Shown: positions 1 to 13,571, counted from the first letter of the whole stretch. The stretch: 63,006 nucleotides of DNA, filler included, from Syncephalis fuscata S228 (GCA_025786725.1; 4 parts of 4 records of this genome joined end to end with filler, not necessarily neighbours in it); one strand, 5' to 3'. The notes: generated from the letters alone by a model not told the origin. Translations and numbers: made by a program.

Positions 1-710
1 TACACCTTCACTTTTAAATACAATTAAACATCTATTCATCACTATAACATGTATAATATTATATCCAACATTAATTAATTCATGTGTAATTATTAATACA
101 ATAATGTAATTAATAAGTTATCTTTATTATTGTAATTTATAATATTAATTATTCAAATGCCATTTATTTAGTTAGATTGGCTATAGGAAAAGTGACTGTT
201 TAACAAACGACATTTATAATAATTATATTAATAGTGATCTTACATCATAAATATGTCCAAAATACAATAGTAGAATATTAGAAAATAGAAGAGACCATTC
301 AGATGCAATACTCCATACTGTACATAGATGCAATAACAACGACTGCGAGATGACATGGAATCGCGATCATATGGCTTCTATTAATATTCGATCAATCTTT
401 CTACACATAGCCAGCAACAACAATGATCGGCCTTAAATGTTTCAAAGAAATCAAATAGTATGTTACACTCTTTATTTAAATCAATTTATTAATAATAATT
501 AATAAAAAGCAATATAATATGTTACGAATAGCAGTAGAACTTCAATTAAAACGAATTTTGCTATAGGATTCAAAGTAAAATGGAAAATTTTAAAAAAGCC
601 CATTTTTCAGTTTCGATTTTTAAAAAATGCGCCATAATAAATTACAAATTTAAATAATCATGAATAAAATATTAAAATATTAAAAATTTTTATCAAAAAA
701 ACACATCTAA

Positions 711-929
711 TTGTTTACCAAATTATTTAAGAAAGCTATGTTTATTAGTATCAAAGAACTGAAAATTGTTGCTGATGAGTTTAAACTTGTTAACAGTTGC
801 AATTTTAAGAGTAAAAATGGTGATTCAACAAGATTACAGCTTATTTGCCCTCATGAAGACCATTTTAGCAACAAATATCGTTTTTTTACTGCCAGAAAGC
901 AGAAAATTGGCTTATTAAAAATTGTTTAA
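711..929 (+). pseudogene. Possible decayed MuDR/MULE transposase N-terminal fragment
   Basis: Peptide LFKKAMFISIKELKIVADEF...FKSKNGDSTRLQLIC...RFFTARKQ loosely resembles the MuDR N-terminal domain pattern; no ATG start and no continuous downstream ORF. Confidence 0.3.
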
Positions 930-1605
930 TGCAATATTAAACATTTTAATGGTTGTTTATATGATTCTGGTAATAATACTATTAAATCTATTATTAAATA
1001 TATTACAAGTGATGTCGCTATATTCTCAAATGTAAAACCAACAGATGTACAAGTAAAAGTATTAAGTACATATTTGATTATTTAATATACACAAACAATT
1101 GTAATAACTCAATAGATGTTATTTTTTATTATAGAATTTGATCAGCTTTTGATTCAATAAAAAGAATGGCAGTGTTGCAACAACAGTAATAAAATAATGC
1201 AAATTTGACCAAGCAATCAAAGAAAGAAAAGTAGTAGAAAAAATAGCTTATTTAAATGTTTTTGTTGAAAAACAAATATAATGACGCTGTTACTATTTCA
1301 CCAGTATAATTGTGGTGTAAGTTGCGTTATTTACCATATTTGGTAGAAAACTTAATTAGCAATAACTTCATCACGTGACTATTCCCATTTCCGGTAATAG
1401 TCAGGGTCCTAGTAAAAGATGGCCATTCTTTCGGTTAAGCCACGACGATCCCAACACTACAATCGTTTCTAACTCTTGGCAAGAAACACAACGTCTATAA
1501 ATACTTGCAATTCACGGCTCCATATTACTTATTACAGTAAAACTAGCCCCATATTGCCGGAAGAAGAAATTGAACAGACAAGTTGTTCAAGTTCTTCCTT
1601 CATAA

Positions 1606-1776
1606 TGTAACAACCGTAAAATAGGATATAATGGAATAAAGATTATCTTTTATTAAACAGAAATTGTGTGTTATTTATAAGCTTTGCGGAGCTTTAATTT
1701 AAGGTGTTGTGGGAAAATAATTGCATAATATTTAAATTATACAATTATTTCCCGTAACGAATATAATATCGTTACA
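1606..1776 (-). repeat. Family A 3' LTR (171 bp)
   Basis: TG...CA ends with TGTAAC/GTTACA inverted termini; same sequence as 22301-22471; PPT at ~1777-1787. Confidence 0.95.
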
Positions 1777-1790
1777 TCATCCCCCTTGGA

Positions 1791-4436
1791 TTAACGCCGA
1801 CTCTGGTGTTGCTTTTCATACTCTTGTACTAGTATTGATGCGTTGTCTAAGTCACGTAACGATTGCCAGGTTGCATCATGTTCCGCATAGCCTTTCCATT
1901 TAACGAGATATTCTATTTTGTTGCGTTTGACCCGTTTAGCTAATATGCTTTCTACTTCGTATTCTTCGTTGCCATCTATTATTTCCGGTGGTGGCGGTGG
2001 CGGGTAACGATCTATAAACTCTGGCGGGTTTTCTTCGTACTTCTTTAGCAGACTAACATGGAACACATTGTGCATTTTCATGTTAGGTGCTAATTGTAGT
2101 TTGTACGCTACAGTCGATACCCGTTGAATGACCTTAAATGGTCCCGTAAATTGATGAGCCAATTTACGTTTTGGTCGTTCACGTTCCGCTTCTGGTGTCA
2201 AATTCTTTGTTGATAACAGCACCATATCGTCAACTTTAAATTCTACTTCTCTTCGTTTCTGATCTGCATATTGTTTTTGTCGTTCTTGTGCTTTCTTTAA
2301 CGCTTCGCGTGTTTCTAAATAAATGTCATTCATCTTTTGCAGGAATGCAGCAGTACTTTGCACGTTAGTTTTGTTGCCGAAGTTGTGTTGTCGTACTAAA
2401 TCGTCTGGCATGTAGGGGTGGCTACCTAAATCAGTATAGAATGGCGATTTACCAGTTGATGACTGCTTAGCATTATTGTACGCAAATTCAACTAATGCTA
2501 AATGTTGATCCCAGTCATTTTGCTGATAGTTAACGCATGTACGTAATAATTGTTCTAGCGTGCGGTTTACGCGTTCTGTTTGGCCATCTGTTTCGGGATG
2601 AAATGCTGTTGACATAAATATACGTACGTTAAGTATTTTATGTAGTTCTTGCCAAAATTTACTGGTAAACTTGGCGTCACGGTCGCATACAATAGAGCGG
2701 GGCATGCCATGAAGACGTACGATGTTCTGCATGAACAATTGTGCAACGTCAACAGCCGTAGCTGTCGTCTTCATCGGTACGAAGTGAGCGCGCTTAGTAA
2801 AGCGGTCGACTACAACAAAAATAGCATCATAACCACTACTAGTACGTGGCAATTGCACTATAAAATCCATTGCAATATCGCGCCAACGTCCTTCCGGAAT
2901 TTGAAGTGGTTGTAATAGTCCACCAGGTAACTGCTGGGAGTGTTTAGTGCGTTGGCACACTTCGCATGACCTAATATAACGCTTTGTCATGTTGGACAAT
3001 CCAGGCCAATAATATTTACGCTTAATTGCTGCAATAGTCTTTTCTTCGCCGAAGTGAGCAGCTGCATCGTGATGATCATTAAGTATATCCAAATATAGAT
3101 TATCGTAATTTGGTATGCATAATCGTGGTTCAATGTCTTTTAACTCGTACATTAATCCATGATCATCAAGCCGAAAATGTCGCGAAATTTTAACTGCCGC
3201 AGCATTGCCTGCAGCCCTTCCTCCCATAAGAACATTCTTTACACCTGTAAAGTGTTCATCATGATCGTAACCAGCTAAAACACGCTGTTGGAATAAAGAG
3301 AGATTTGTAGCATTTATAGCGTTATAACTAGGCGATGTACGTCGTGATAATGCATCGGCTACAACATTAGCACGGCCTGGCTTATATATGATATCAAAAT
3401 CATATTGATGCAACTGCTCAATCCAACGCGTTTGGCGTGATGACATTTCCTTTTGCTTAAACAGGCGCGTAAGCGGTGCATGGTCAGTATATATTACGAA
3501 ATGGCCATAACTAAGATATGGGCGCCATAACTTAGTAGCTTCTAGAATAGCTAACATTTCTTTATCGTATGTAGCATAATTCTTTTCGGCTGCCTGTAAT
3601 ATACGTGACATAAATGCAACAGGATGTTCATTATTATCGGTTATTTGTGATAATACTGCACCAATTGCATAATCAGATGCATCTGTAGTAACGATAAATG
3701 GTGCATTAACATTTGGTATAGCCAATACCGGTGCTGTAACTATCGCATTACGTAGTGTGTCAAATGCTGTATTTTGATTATCTCCCCATGTGAATGGCTC
3801 ATCATTCTTAGTCAATTGACTTAAATGCCGTGCAGTATCAGCATATCCACGAATAAACCGTCTATAATAGCCAGTTAATCCGAGGAAAGAGCGCAGTTCT
3901 TTCAGATTGTTTGGTATAGGCCAATTTGCAATAGCCATTACTTTATCGTGTAGTGGTCTTATACCTCGCCACTAACAATATGTCCCAAAAATTCCACCTC
4001 ATCTTTACCAAATTCACATTTGCTTAATTTGGCATATAATTTGTTTTCTCTTAGTAATTGTAACACTTGCCGTAAGTGCCACTCATGTTCGGTATGATTT
4101 TTACTAAATATTAAAATATCATCCAAAAATACCACTACACACTTGTCTAGTAATTTATGAAATACATTATGCATTAATCGCATAAATACTGACGGTGCAT
4201 TAGTCAATCCAAATCCCATCACCGTCCACTCATAATGCCCATAGCGCGTTCTAAACGCTGTTTTGTGAATATCATCCTCATTTACTCTTATTTGATGATA
4301 TCCACTTCTCAAATCTATTTTTGAGAATACTTTCGCCCCATGTAACTGATCGAATAATTCATCGATCAGTGGCAACGCATAACGATCACGAATTGTTTGT
4401 GCGTTTAACATTCTGTAATCCACACACATACGTAAA
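1791..4436 (-). CDS. Family A Pol (RT, RNase H, integrase, chromodomain), 5'-truncated, with a 1-bp frameshift near 3963
   Basis: RT motifs [10 protein letters not shown] and FLDD; RNase H TDASD; HHCC zinc finger; DDE core (MDF, DRD, ERVN); GPF; chromodomain [12 protein letters not shown]. The copy at 19811 reads cttataccct where this one reads cttatacct. Confidence 0.92.
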
Positions 4437-4711
4437 TGAAACGTGTAAAACTTATTCTTTAAATAAAAACTAAACTTCCACAATATGTGGCCTGAGAGTG
4501 CGTAGAAAATGAATTGTCTTTATTAAAATGTATGTTATTACAGCTATTTTATAGCTGTAATTATTGTTAACAATTGGGACAAAATAATGAATAATGTTGC
4601 AATTTCCTTATAAGGAAATCGGTAAGGGATCAGCATAGATCGTCCGTTACCTTTGTGCTACATCGGTAAAAATACACTTTTACCGAAGTAGCAACAATAC
4701 TACATGTTACA
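4437..4711 (-). repeat. Family C 3' LTR (~275 bp)
   Basis: Imperfect terminal inverted repeat TGAAACGTG/CATGTTACA, adjacent PPT, and a sharp junction with A pol. No second copy is available to confirm the ends. Confidence 0.75.
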
Positions 4712-4778
4712 ATTCTTCCCCCCATAGAAATGAATGCCGTCTCGGCATTAGAACGCAACAAGAACATAGTAAGTTCAC

Positions 4779-7700
4779 TTAAGTAGCTTGTGAATTATTA
4801 AACGCGTCTAGTATCTCTGGTGCATTCGTAAGGTCGTCGCGTGATTGCCATGTAGCTTCACTTTGATCGTATCCTTTCCATTTAACCAAATACTCGGTAC
4901 GGCCTCGCCTTTTACGTTCTTTTAGTATGGTTTCAACTTCATACTCTTCTTGTCCGGCAATAACATCTGGAGGTGGTCGGGCAGGTTGTCGTTCGCCAAA
5001 TTCAGATGGATTTGGTTCATGTCGTTTAAGTTTAGATATATGAAATACAGGATGTATTCGCATATTATTTGGTAACTCCAACTTATACGCAACAGAAGAT
5101 ACCTTTTCCACGATAGGAAATGGTCCGAGAAAACGGGCATTAAACTTACGCGTAGGCCGTTGTTTATCTGCTTCTGTTGTAATGTTGGCAGTTGACAACA
5201 TGACTAAATCACCAACTTCATATTCTTCTTCTCGTCGTCTATTATCGGCATAACGGGCTTGTCGATCTTGAGCTATTTTCATTGCAGATTGGGCCTCTGT
5301 CAATATAATGTTCATTTTACCAAGGAATTGTGCGGTATTATCTACTAATGTAATGTCATTATAATCTTGTGTTACTATAAGATTATCTGCCATTCTTGGA
5401 TGTCGTCCTAAATCACAATAAAATGGTGTCATTTTAATTGACGATTGTTCTGCGTTATTATACGCAAACTCCGCTAGAGAGAGGCAGGTATCCCAATCAT
5501 CTTGATGATAATTTACGTAATGTCGCAGTATTTGTTCCAGTGTTCTATTAGTACGTTCTGTTTGACCATCGGTCTGTGGGTGATATGCAGTTGATGGTTT
5601 AAGTTTAACATCAAGTAATTTGAACAGAGAACGCCAAAAGGAACCAACAAAGCGAGTATCGCGGTCGCATACCACGCTCTTAGGGAAGCCGTGTAGACGA
5701 ACAATATTGTCCACAAATAGCTTGGCGACTTCTGGAGCAGATACAGCAGTTTTAGTAGCAATAAAATGTGCACGTTTCGTCAAGCGATCGACTACCACGA
5801 ATATGGCATCATGATGTTGCTTAGTCTTTGGCAATTGAACAATAAAGTCCATAGACAAATCTTGCCAACGTCCTTCAGGTACTGGTAATGGTTGTAGTAA
5901 ACCAGCCGGTTGTTGCTGAGAAGGTTTATTACGCTGGCATGCATCACATGAATTAACATATTTGTAAATGTCAGATCGTAATTCAGGCCACCAATATGAT
6001 CGCTGCACATTTGCAATAGTCTTTTCAATGCCGAAATGGCCAGCAGACGGTGCGTCGTGCCTTTCGCGCAGTATGTCAGCTCGCAACTGATAATCTTTGG
6101 GTATACAAATACGTGGTTCACGATTACGCATTTCGTATATTAGACCATCATCAGAACCAAGTCGAAATTGGCGCGACCATTTGCGCAATTCTTTCGAATG
6201 CGCTGTCTCTATCCCCCCCTCTAGAAATGTTTTCACACCTGTGAAAAACGCGTCTTGATTATATCCTGCCCGGATACGTTGTAATAAATCATCATTTGGG
6301 GCAATAGTAGTGATGTTATTAATAGAGACGGGTGGTGTATCGGTACGTCGTGATAAAGCATCTGCAACGACATTCATACGGCCAGGCTTGTAATGAATAG
6401 TAAAATTGAAACGACTAATCCATTCTAAATAACGTTCATGGCGAGCAGGTATTTTGACTTGTTCACGTATGTATTTAAGCGGCATATGATCTGTATAAAT
6501 GTCGAAATGTTTGCCAGTAAGGTATGTTTCCCACACACGCGTAGCTTCCATAATTGCAAACATTTCTTTATCGTAAGTTGGCCAATTACGCTGTGTGCTT
6601 GTAAGAGTGCGTGAGTGGTAAGCAACTGGACGTTTACCACTTTCATCTTCTTGTTCTAGTACAGCACCGATGGCGAAATCGGATGCATCAGTAGTTACCA
6701 TAAATGGTAATTTGGGGTCGGCTGTACGTAAAATTGGAGCGTTACACAAACGTTTCTTTAATTCCTCGAATGCTAATGTAGGCGCACCCGACATATTGAA
6801 AGGTACGTCATCACGTGTAAGCTCACTAAGTGGTTCTGCAATCTTAGAATAATTAGAAACAAAACGCCGATAGTAGCCAGTTGTTCCAAGAAAACTACGA
6901 ATACCAGACACGTCTTTTGGTATTGGCCATGATGTAATAGCTTTTACTTTGTCAGCACATGTATGTATTCCTTCTGCACTGACCATGTGGCCTAAAAACT
7001 CAACATTTGACACACCAAATTCACATTTACTTGCTTTAGCATAAAGTTGATGTTTACGTAAAAGTTCTAAAACTTGTTTAATATGTTCATTGTGTTCATC
7101 AGATGTTTTACTATAAATAAGAATATCATCTAAAAATACAACAACACATTTATCAAGCAAAGGACGTAATACATCATGCATAAGTCGCATAAATGTAGCA
7201 GGGGCATTGGTCAAGCCAAATGGGAGAACTCGAAACTCATAATGGCCGTATCGTGTGTGAAAAGCCGTTTTTGGGACATCTTCATCTCGAACGCGTATTT
7301 GATGATAGCCAGAACGCAAATCAATTTTAGTAAATATCTTTGCACCTTCTAATTGATCAAATAACTCATCAATAAATGGTAATGAGTACTTGTTCTTGAT
7401 GGTTATGTTATTCAACATACGGTAGTCGACACACATACGCATAGTACCTTCCTTCTTTTTAACAAAAAGTACTGGTGCGCCGTATGGTGATACGCTTGGT
7501 TGAATAAAACCTTTGGCTACTAATTCATCTAGTTGTTGCTTTAATTCGGCCATTTCATTGCGTGATAATCGATATGGTGGACGTGAAGGTGGGGCATGAC
7601 CAGGTTCTAAGTCGATTGCAAAATCGACGGCACGTGGAGGCGGTAATCCGGACGGTAATTCATCTGGAAATACATCTTTAAATTGATTTAACGTGGATGC

Positions 7701-8264
7701 ATATTTACCAGAGAAAGCAAGCTTGCCAGGCTCGAGAATGGATACTGTGGTAGTACCACCAGCAGTGGATAAGAATGCGAGGAATGTTTCATTATTGTCT
7801 GGTTCATCTAAGGTTTGTTCTAGTTGTTCCAATGACATTAATGAGGGGGTAATAATATGAGTGTTAAATGGAATATTACGTGTAGAAGAGGACATATTAT
7901 TAAATAGAATTGGAGTTGATGTAATTGGATCATTCTGCAATGTCTGTATAGTTCTAGATGTCCAATCAATTTGTGGATTGAACATCATAAACCAAGGCAT
8001 TCCAAGTATTGCCTGATATTTTCCCAATGGCATAATTTCAAAGTCTAAATAGTTGGACCATGATTTTATTGAAATTGGTACTGAACGAGCAAACAAGGAT
8101 GCGCGACAAATAGAACCGTTACCTAGTTTAATTTCCTGGCCACCATTTGCATACTTTTCAGTATTAATGTTTGAGGACATTACAAATGCTGCGTCAAGGA
8201 AATTATCGGTGGCACCACAATCGATTAAAATTAAGGCAGGGTGGCCATTAATTTGAGCATTAAG
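4779..8264 (-). CDS. Family C Pol (protease, RT, RNase H, integrase, chromodomain)
   Basis: 1133-aa ORF whose frame stays open upstream to 8264, giving protease motif [10 protein letters not shown]; FLDD, TDASD, HHCC, DDE, GPF and chromodomain [15 protein letters not shown]. Confidence 0.95.
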   Translation of the reverse strand, partial: LNAQINGHPALILIDCGATDNFLDAAFVMSSNINTEKYANGGQEIKLGNGSICRASLFARSVPISIKSWSNYLDFEIMPLGKYQAILGMPWFMMFNPQIDWTSRTIQTLQNDPITSTPILFNNMSSSTRNIPFNTHIITPSLMSLEQLEQTLDEPDNNETFLAFLSTAGGTTTVSILEPGKLAFSGKYASTLNQFKDVFPDELPSGLPPPRAVDFAIDLEPGHAPPSRPPYRLSRNEMAELKQQLDELVAKGFIQPSVSPYGAPVLFVKKKEGTMRMCVDYRMLNNITIKNKYSLPFIDELFDQLEGAKIFTKIDLRSGYHQIRVRDEDVPKTAFHTRYGHYEFRVLPFGLTNAPATFMRLMHDVLRPLLDKCVVVFLDDILIYSKTSDEHNEHIKQVLELLRKHQLYAKASKCEFGVSNVEFLGHMVSAEGIHTCADKVKAITSWPIPKDVSGIRSFLGTTGYYRRFVSNYSKIAEPLSELTRDDVPFNMSGAPTLAFEELKKRLCNAPILRTADPKLPFMVTTDASDFAIGAVLEQEDESGKRPVAYHSRTLTSTQRNWPTYDKEMFAIMEATRVWETYLTGKHFDIYTDHMPLKYIREQVKIPARHERYLEWISRFNFTIHYKPGRMNVVADALSRRTDTPPVSINNITTIAPNDDLLQRIRAGYNQDAFFTGVKTFLEGGIETAHSKELRKWSRQFRLGSDDGLIYEMRNREPRICIPKDYQLRADILRERHDAPSAGHFGIEKTIANVQRSYWWPELRSDIYKYVNSCDACQRNKPSQQQPAGLLQPLPVPEGRWQDLSMDFIVQLPKTKQHHDAIFVVVDRLTKRAHFIATKTAVSAPEVAKLFVDNIVRLHGFPKSVVCDRDTRFVGSFWRSLFKLLDVKLKPSTAYHPQTDGQTERTNRTLEQILRHYVNYHQDDWDTCLSLAEFAYNNAEQSSIKMTPFYCDLGRHPRMADNLIVTQDYNDITLVDNTAQFLGKMNIILTEAQSAMKIAQDRQARYADNRRREEEYEVGDLVMLSTANITTEADKQRPTRKFNARFLGPFPIVEKVSSVAYKLELPNNMRIHPVFHISKLKRHEPNPSEFGERQPARPPPDVIAGQEEYEVETILKERKRRGRTEYLVKWKGYDQSEATWQSRDDLTNAPEILDAFNNSQAT

Positions 8265-8358
8265 TGTAACCGTAGATACAGCGAACTGTTGCGGTTACTA
8301 CGAGTCACAATACAATAATGTATATAAAATAAAAATGAATATTGAAAGTGAACTAATG
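8265..8358 (-). repeat. Inverted family B LTR, U5-end fragment (target of the B1 insertion)
   Basis: Reverse complement of the last 94 bp of the B LTR; the remainder resumes at 13923. Confidence 0.93.
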
Positions 8359-8699
8359 TGTAACAAAAAATTCTCCCTCTCATTTATTATTACCATTTTT
8401 AGACATTATGATCGGTGTTTAAACACACCGATCATCACACATGGTCCACGATGAAGTTAACACTCCGCCACCGCGTATTGTTTTATCTTTATCTTTTATT
8501 TTCTTTTATTTTTATTTTATTTTCTTTTATTGTTCTACTTAGATATTCCATATATCCAATAGAACAATATAAATACGCGTATGATTATGACCACAAATAA
8601 AGACATTAGTTCACTTTCAATATTCATTTTTATTTTATATACATTATTGTATTGTGACTCGTAGTAACCGCAACAGTTCGCTGTATCTACGGTTACATA

Positions 8700-8718
8700 T
8701 GGTAGCAACGGGTAGTTT
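8700..8718 (+). promoter_or_regulatory. Primer binding site complementary to initiator tRNA-Met 3' end
   Basis: TGGTAGCAACGGGTAGTTT lies 2 nt after the 5' LTR. Its complement AAACTACCCGTTGCTACCA fits a eukaryotic tRNAi (U72, A73, CCA, T-loop ending AAA). Confidence 0.85.
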
Positions 8719-8754
8719 AAACCTATCCACCTCGTTGCCTTGACTTACAGTGAT

Positions 8755-9939
8755 ATGAACCAACGACGTGGTGCGAAATACTTCGACCACGAACAAGCCC
8801 GTCAATCTTTCGCCGACGAACTCATCCAAGATCCACCAGTAACCTTTCGATACCCAGATAACCAGTACGAACCACCGATCACAAGCCACACGAACGAATA
8901 CACCGATACCCAGTACGAACCACCGATCACAAGCCACACGAACGAATACACTACTGATACTCAAGAAGAAATAACACCCATTATGAACCCAGAATTGCCT
9001 AACACAAGTTTCGTTACCAACGCTGACTTTATTTCAAGTTTGGTAACGCAAATTGTGTCCCAAAATAATGCTGCTACTGCCGATGCTGTTGTTACTGCCG
9101 CTGCCAATACTGCCGCTGCTATTGCCGCTATTCCATCTACTTCTGTCACTGCCCCTCCTACTGCTCGTCCATCTGCCCCGCCACGATACAACGGCAATGA
9201 TAAGGATATTTCAGTAGAGACTTGGTTGTACCGTGCACGGCAATATGTCAGGTATATCCCTGATGAAATTGAACGCATCGAAGTAGCCGCCACTTATTTA
9301 GATGGCACTGCCTCTAGTTGGTGGCAGAGTAATACTATTCACTCTGACGGTGACTATAGTCATCCATATACCACTTGGAGTGCGTTTGCTCACGCACTAC
9401 GCCAACACATCTGTCCCGGTACTTCGGTAGAAGAAGACGCTTTTAGTCGTCTTCACATGTTACGACAAGCCAACAAAAGTGTCAATGATTATACGTTAGA
9501 ATTTAACAATTTAAGGCACACTTTTCCTATGCCTGATTCCGAAATGTGGCAGTTAGCTTTACGTATTATGTTTATTAATGGACTGAATCACGAAGTTAAA
9601 TACGAAGTACAAAAAGCTACACCGTCTACATTACAATCAGCCATAGAAGTGGCTACTCATTTTGATTCGTTACGCAAGTACATTGGCAAATCATCAACTA
9701 ACAACGTTCGCCATAACACACCTCGTCCAACACAACAACAACAGTTTCGCCCTCCGATTAACACACAACCAAGAAATGGCCCTATACCAATGGAACTAGA
9801 CACCATTAATCGGTTACCTCCACTCACTGATGCTGAACGCGAAACGTTACGACAAAACGGCGGCTGTTTCCGCTGTCGCCAATATGGCCACATCATGCGT
9901 TTTTGTCCTTTGAATACGGGAAAAGTCCAGCACCAGTAG
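8755..9939 (+). CDS. gag: Family B Gag (capsid plus CCHC zinc knuckle)
   Basis: PPRYNG...W capsid motif, LRQ..SV.DY..EF major-homology-like region, PIPMELD, and [14 protein letters not shown] knuckle. First ATG is at 8755; a later start is possible. Confidence 0.93.
   Translation: MNQRRGAKYFDHEQARQSFADELIQDPPVTFRYPDNQYEPPITSHTNEYTDTQYEPPITSHTNEYTTDTQEEITPIMNPELPNTSFVTNADFISSLVTQIVSQNNAATADAVVTAAANTAAAIAAIPSTSVTAPPTARPSAPPRYNGNDKDISVETWLYRARQYVRYIPDEIERIEVAATYLDGTASSWWQSNTIHSDGDYSHPYTTWSAFAHALRQHICPGTSVEEDAFSRLHMLRQANKSVNDYTLEFNNLRHTFPMPDSEMWQLALRIMFINGLNHEVKYEVQKATPSTLQSAIEVATHFDSLRKYIGKSSTNNVRHNTPRPTQQQQFRPPINTQPRNGPIPMELDTINRLPPLTDAERETLRQNGGCFRCRQYGHIMRFCPLNTGKVQHQ
8862..8951 (+). repeat. 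48-bp tandem duplication in the 5' part of B gag (mirrored near 18807-18896)
   Basis: ccagtacgaaccaccgatcacaagccacacgaacgaatacac starts at 8862 and at 8910; [14 protein letters not shown] is encoded twice. Confidence 0.9.
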
Positions 9940-9991
9940 TGTCAGCATCACAACCTACTGGTGCCCAACTAAATACTATTTCTGTTGATGC
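9918..9991 (+). promoter_or_regulatory. -1 programmed ribosomal frameshift signal of family B
   Basis: G_GGA_AAA (9918-9924) in the gag frame; 5-nt spacer; stem 1 GCACCAGTAG/CTACTGGTGC; loop GCATCA pairs with TGATGC (9986-9991); pol is in the -1 frame. Confidence 0.88.
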
Positions 9992-12900
9992 CACCCCCGA
10001 TCTTCTCTCGCTTACTTCTGATGATGAATTGCTTGTTTCTGCGCCATTATTTCCTCATGCTAATGTTGTTGATGACACTGATGCACTTTTAAAGGAACAA
10101 AGTTTATTGTCAAAATATCCACACGCTCACGATTTATTACGTATCAATGCTCGTTTATTAGGTAGAAAAGTTACGGTACTAATAGATAGTGGAGCAGCTG
10201 ATAACTTTGTATCCGCAAATCTTGTGAAACATATTCGCGCACACACCCATAAAGTTAAATACCCATCGACCGTACACGTGGCAGATGGCCGTTCGTATAC
10301 GTGTGACCGCCAACTGGCTGGTGCGCTCCTTACTTCCACTGGTTACAAAGACCGTTTATCGTTTTTGGTTGTTCCTTTAGAACACGACGTAATACTCGGT
10401 AAACCGTGGCTAGCCCGCTATAATCCACAGATAGATTGGTTAATTAACACTGTTACGTTTATGCATGATAATCGACACATTGTATGGCAAGCAAATGCAC
10501 ATAGACAACCAACCATATTGCCATTATCTGCCTTACAATTTAAACGCTATGCTAAACGAACAGATGAATTACACCTAGCCATTGTACGACCAGCCGATAA
10601 TCCGCTAAATGAAGCTGCTAATCACTCAAATGACCCATCCATCACTCCAGTATTGACTGGATTACGCAACGACTTTGCTGACGTATTTCCCGACAAACTA
10701 CCGAAACAATTGCCGCCAAAACGTGATGGATTAGATCATCGTATCGATTTGATACCAGGCGCAACACCACCCAGTAACGCCTTATACCGATTGTCCCCTC
10801 TGGAACTTAAAGAACTTAAAACACAACTTACCGAATTACTTGACGCGGGATATATTCGTCCTAGTATATCGCCCTACGGTGCGCCTGTTCTTTTCGTCAA
10901 GAAGAAAGATGGTGGTATGCGCATGTGTGTTGATTATCGAGCGCTGAATAAAATCACTATCAAGAACAAGTACCCATTGCCAAGGATTGAAGATTTATTC
11001 GACCAAGTGTTAGGCGCAACTGTCTTTTCTAAGATAGATCTACGCTCTGCTTATCATCAACTACGTGTAGTAGAAGAGGATATACCCAAGACGGCCTTTC
11101 GCACCCGCTATGGTCACTTTGAATGGCTAGTAGTTAGTTTTGGTCAAAGTAATGCACCATCCAGTTTTCAAACACTGGTAAACTATCTATTTAGGCCATT
11201 ACTAGACAAATGTGTTATTGTCTATTTGGACGATATTCTCATCTACAGTAAAACACCAGAAGACCACGAACGACACCTACGCCAAGTATTACAAATACTT
11301 CGCGACAACCACTTATACGCCAAATGGTCAAAATGTGAATTATTTAAGGATGAAGTTGAATATTTAGGCCATTTGCTATGTGCTAATGGTGTAAAAGCTG
11401 ATCCAGCTAAGATAAAGGCCATTTCTGATTGGCCTACACCACGAAACGTCACGGATATACGCGCTTTTACAGGCTTGGCCAACTACTATAGAAAGTTTAT
11501 TAAAAATTACTCTGCTATAGCCACACCACTTACCGATCTACTATGTCAAGATCGTCGTTTCTTATGGACCATTGAAGCTCAAAAATCATTTGATATACTA
11601 AAGAAGACAATGACCCAAGCTCCAGTATTACAAATAGTCGACGTACATCAGCCTTTCCGTGTAGAAACCGATGCTTCTGGCTTTGCTGTAGGTGCTGCCT
11701 TGTTGCAGCAAGATCGTGATGGCCATTGGCACCCCATTGCTTATCATTCGCGCAAAATGAAGCCCGCTGAACGCAATTATCCGGTACATGAACAAGAACT
11801 ATTAGCATTAATAGATGCTTTAAAGATTTGGCGCCACTACTTACATGGATCGTCATTTCACGCGTATACTGACCATAAAACCTTGCAGTACTTCCAGAGT
11901 CAACCGAATTTATCAACCAGACAAGCAAGATGGTCAGAACTATTACAAGAATATGACGTATTGATCGAATATAAGCCCGGGAAAAACAATATTGTAGCCG
12001 ATTCATTATCCAGACGGCCTGATTTACAACTGTCCAGTTTAACTACTGTCAGTTTTACATATATTGATCAAATTAAAAACTTGTACGCCAACGATGTTGA
12101 CTTTGGTGAAATATACGCCCAGCTTAATACGACAACGCCACTTCCAGCTCTTCGTACCAAGTTAGTCAAGTATCGACTAACTGATGGATTGTTATATTTC
12201 AACGGTGATCGATTATGTGTACCTAAAAATAACCAATTACGTCAAGATATACTACACGATCATCACGATGCCATCGTAGCCGGCCATCTAGGTGTAGATA
12301 AAACATACCTGGCTATTCATCGCCATTTTTACTGGCCATCACTACACAACACCGTCCACCGCTATGTCACTTCCTGCGATACTTGCCAACGTAATAAGGC
12401 CACTAATCGACGACCAGGTGGCTTATTACAACCACTTGAAATACCTGCACATGCATGGGACTCAGTTAGTATGGATTTTATTACACATCTACCACTCACT
12501 GAAAAAGGTGCAGATGCGTTAATGGTAGTAGTTGACCGCTTTAGTAAACAAGCCCACTTCGTGCCTACTACCAACACTGTCACAGCTGTTGACACCGCAC
12601 GACTATACTTCGACCATGTATATCGTCTACATGGTCTTCCACGATCCATAATCTCTGATCGTGACCCACGATTTACTAGCCGATTCTGGGAAGCCTTATT
12701 TGAATTTACCGGTACTAAATTAGCCAGATCAACTGCAAATCATCCACAGACTGACGGCCAGACTGAGCGAACCAACAGAACCATCGAAGAAATGTTACGT
12801 CATGTTATTAGCCAACAACAAGATGATTGGGATAAATACTTACCTGCATTAGAATTTGCCTATAACAATAGTACTAACGCTACTACTGGTATTACACCTT

Positions 12901-13571
12901 TCTTCTCTGTATATGGACGTCATCCAATAACAACGACTATGCCAGCTGATAGCGATAATATAACAGTACCAGCAGCTGAGGAGTTTTTACAGCGACTAGA
13001 AGCGATACAAAAGGCGGTAAAAGACAACATATCGTACGCTCAGGATAGACAGGCACAATATGCTAACCAACGACGTCGAGATGACACCTTCCAAATAGGT
13101 GATCGAGTAATGCTGTCAACACGACACACAATGCCACGACACGTAGCAGAACAGTCAAACTCCGCCCTTCGTACGCGTAAAACTGGCCCGTACACTATCA
13201 TAGAGGTCATTAGTCCGACCGCGTACAAGATCGAACTACCACCAGGCATGCGCATTCACCCAGTTATACACATCTCTCAGCTTACCAGGTATAAAGATCC
13301 GAACGTATTTCCAGGACGACCAACGGCAATTACTATGCCTATGCCAGAAATGATTGAAGGACAAGCTGAGTGGGAAGTGGAAAGAATAATAGGTAGAAGA
13401 ACAAGAAAAGTGGGGATGAATGACGTGGAGGAATACTTAGTAAAATGGAAAGGATACTCAAAAGATGACAGTTCTTGGGAGCCAATTGAAAACTTGCAAA
13501 ATGCTCAAGAACTATTAAATCAATACGAACACTCCACACACATACGATTAGCACTTGGGACAAGCGCCTGA
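9918..13571 (+). CDS. pol: Family B Pol (protease, RT, RNase H, integrase, chromodomain), expressed by -1 frameshift
   Basis: LIDSGA, YLDD, TDAS, HHCC, DDE, GPY and chromodomain [15 protein letters not shown] in one uninterrupted ORF. Confidence 0.97.
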   Translation, partial: GKSPAPVVSASQPTGAQLNTISVDATPDLLSLTSDDELLVSAPLFPHANVVDDTDALLKEQSLLSKYPHAHDLLRINARLLGRKVTVLIDSGAADNFVSANLVKHIRAHTHKVKYPSTVHVADGRSYTCDRQLAGALLTSTGYKDRLSFLVVPLEHDVILGKPWLARYNPQIDWLINTVTFMHDNRHIVWQANAHRQPTILPLSALQFKRYAKRTDELHLAIVRPADNPLNEAANHSNDPSITPVLTGLRNDFADVFPDKLPKQLPPKRDGLDHRIDLIPGATPPSNALYRLSPLELKELKTQLTELLDAGYIRPSISPYGAPVLFVKKKDGGMRMCVDYRALNKITIKNKYPLPRIEDLFDQVLGATVFSKIDLRSAYHQLRVVEEDIPKTAFRTRYGHFEWLVVSFGQSNAPSSFQTLVNYLFRPLLDKCVIVYLDDILIYSKTPEDHERHLRQVLQILRDNHLYAKWSKCELFKDEVEYLGHLLCANGVKADPAKIKAISDWPTPRNVTDIRAFTGLANYYRKFIKNYSAIATPLTDLLCQDRRFLWTIEAQKSFDILKKTMTQAPVLQIVDVHQPFRVETDASGFAVGAALLQQDRDGHWHPIAYHSRKMKPAERNYPVHEQELLALIDALKIWRHYLHGSSFHAYTDHKTLQYFQSQPNLSTRQARWSELLQEYDVLIEYKPGKNNIVADSLSRRPDLQLSSLTTVSFTYIDQIKNLYANDVDFGEIYAQLNTTTPLPALRTKLVKYRLTDGLLYFNGDRLCVPKNNQLRQDILHDHHDAIVAGHLGVDKTYLAIHRHFYWPSLHNTVHRYVTSCDTCQRNKATNRRPGGLLQPLEIPAHAWDSVSMDFITHLPLTEKGADALMVVVDRFSKQAHFVPTTNTVTAVDTARLYFDHVYRLHGLPRSIISDRDPRFTSRFWEALFEFTGTKLARSTANHPQTDGQTERTNRTIEEMLRHVISQQQDDWDKYLPALEFAYNNSTNATTGITPFFSVYGRHPITTTMPADSDNITVPAAEEFLQRLEAIQKAVKDNISYAQDRQAQYANQRRRDDTFQIGDRVMLSTRHTMPRHVAEQSNSALRTRKTGPYTIIEVISPTAYKIELPPGMRIHPVIHISQLTRYKDPNVFPGRPTAITMPMPEMIEGQAEWEVERIIGRRTRKVGMNDVEEYLVKWKGYSKDDSSWEPIENLQNAQELLNQYEHSTHIRLALGTSA

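Larger units (their letters stand above)
1606..4436 (-). mobile_element. Ty3/Gypsy chromovirus family A, 3' part (copy A1): RT-RNaseH-integrase-chromodomain, PPT and 3' LTR; interrupted by family C at 4437
   Basis: 171-bp LTR at 1606-1776 (TGTAAC...GTTACA) matching 22301-22471; PPT AAGGGGGATGA (minus) next to it; pol ORFs 1791-3938 and 3959-4483. Confidence 0.93.
4437..8264 (-). mobile_element. Ty3/Gypsy chromovirus family C, 3' LTR plus pol; inserted in A pol and cut at its protease by family B
   Basis: Identity to A pol stops at 4436/4437, where TGAAACGTG starts a ~275-bp LTR ending CATGTTACA (4711), followed by PPT GGGGGGAAGAA (minus); intact pol 4779-8264; gag and 5' LTR are absent from the window. 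Confidence 0.9.

Noticed and set aside
1595-1605. Left flank ttcataa appearing to continue into the B-like relic at 22472 (B reads ttcataatgggtgttatttc)
   Set aside because: Only 7 bp match, similarity does not extend upstream, and there is no TSD; probably chance.
8415-8600. 61-aa hydrophobic ORF repeated four times (8415, 13643, 13931, 19158)
   Set aside because: Lies within the B LTR, starts at GTG, and its hydrophobicity comes from a T-rich tract; repetition just reflects LTR copies.
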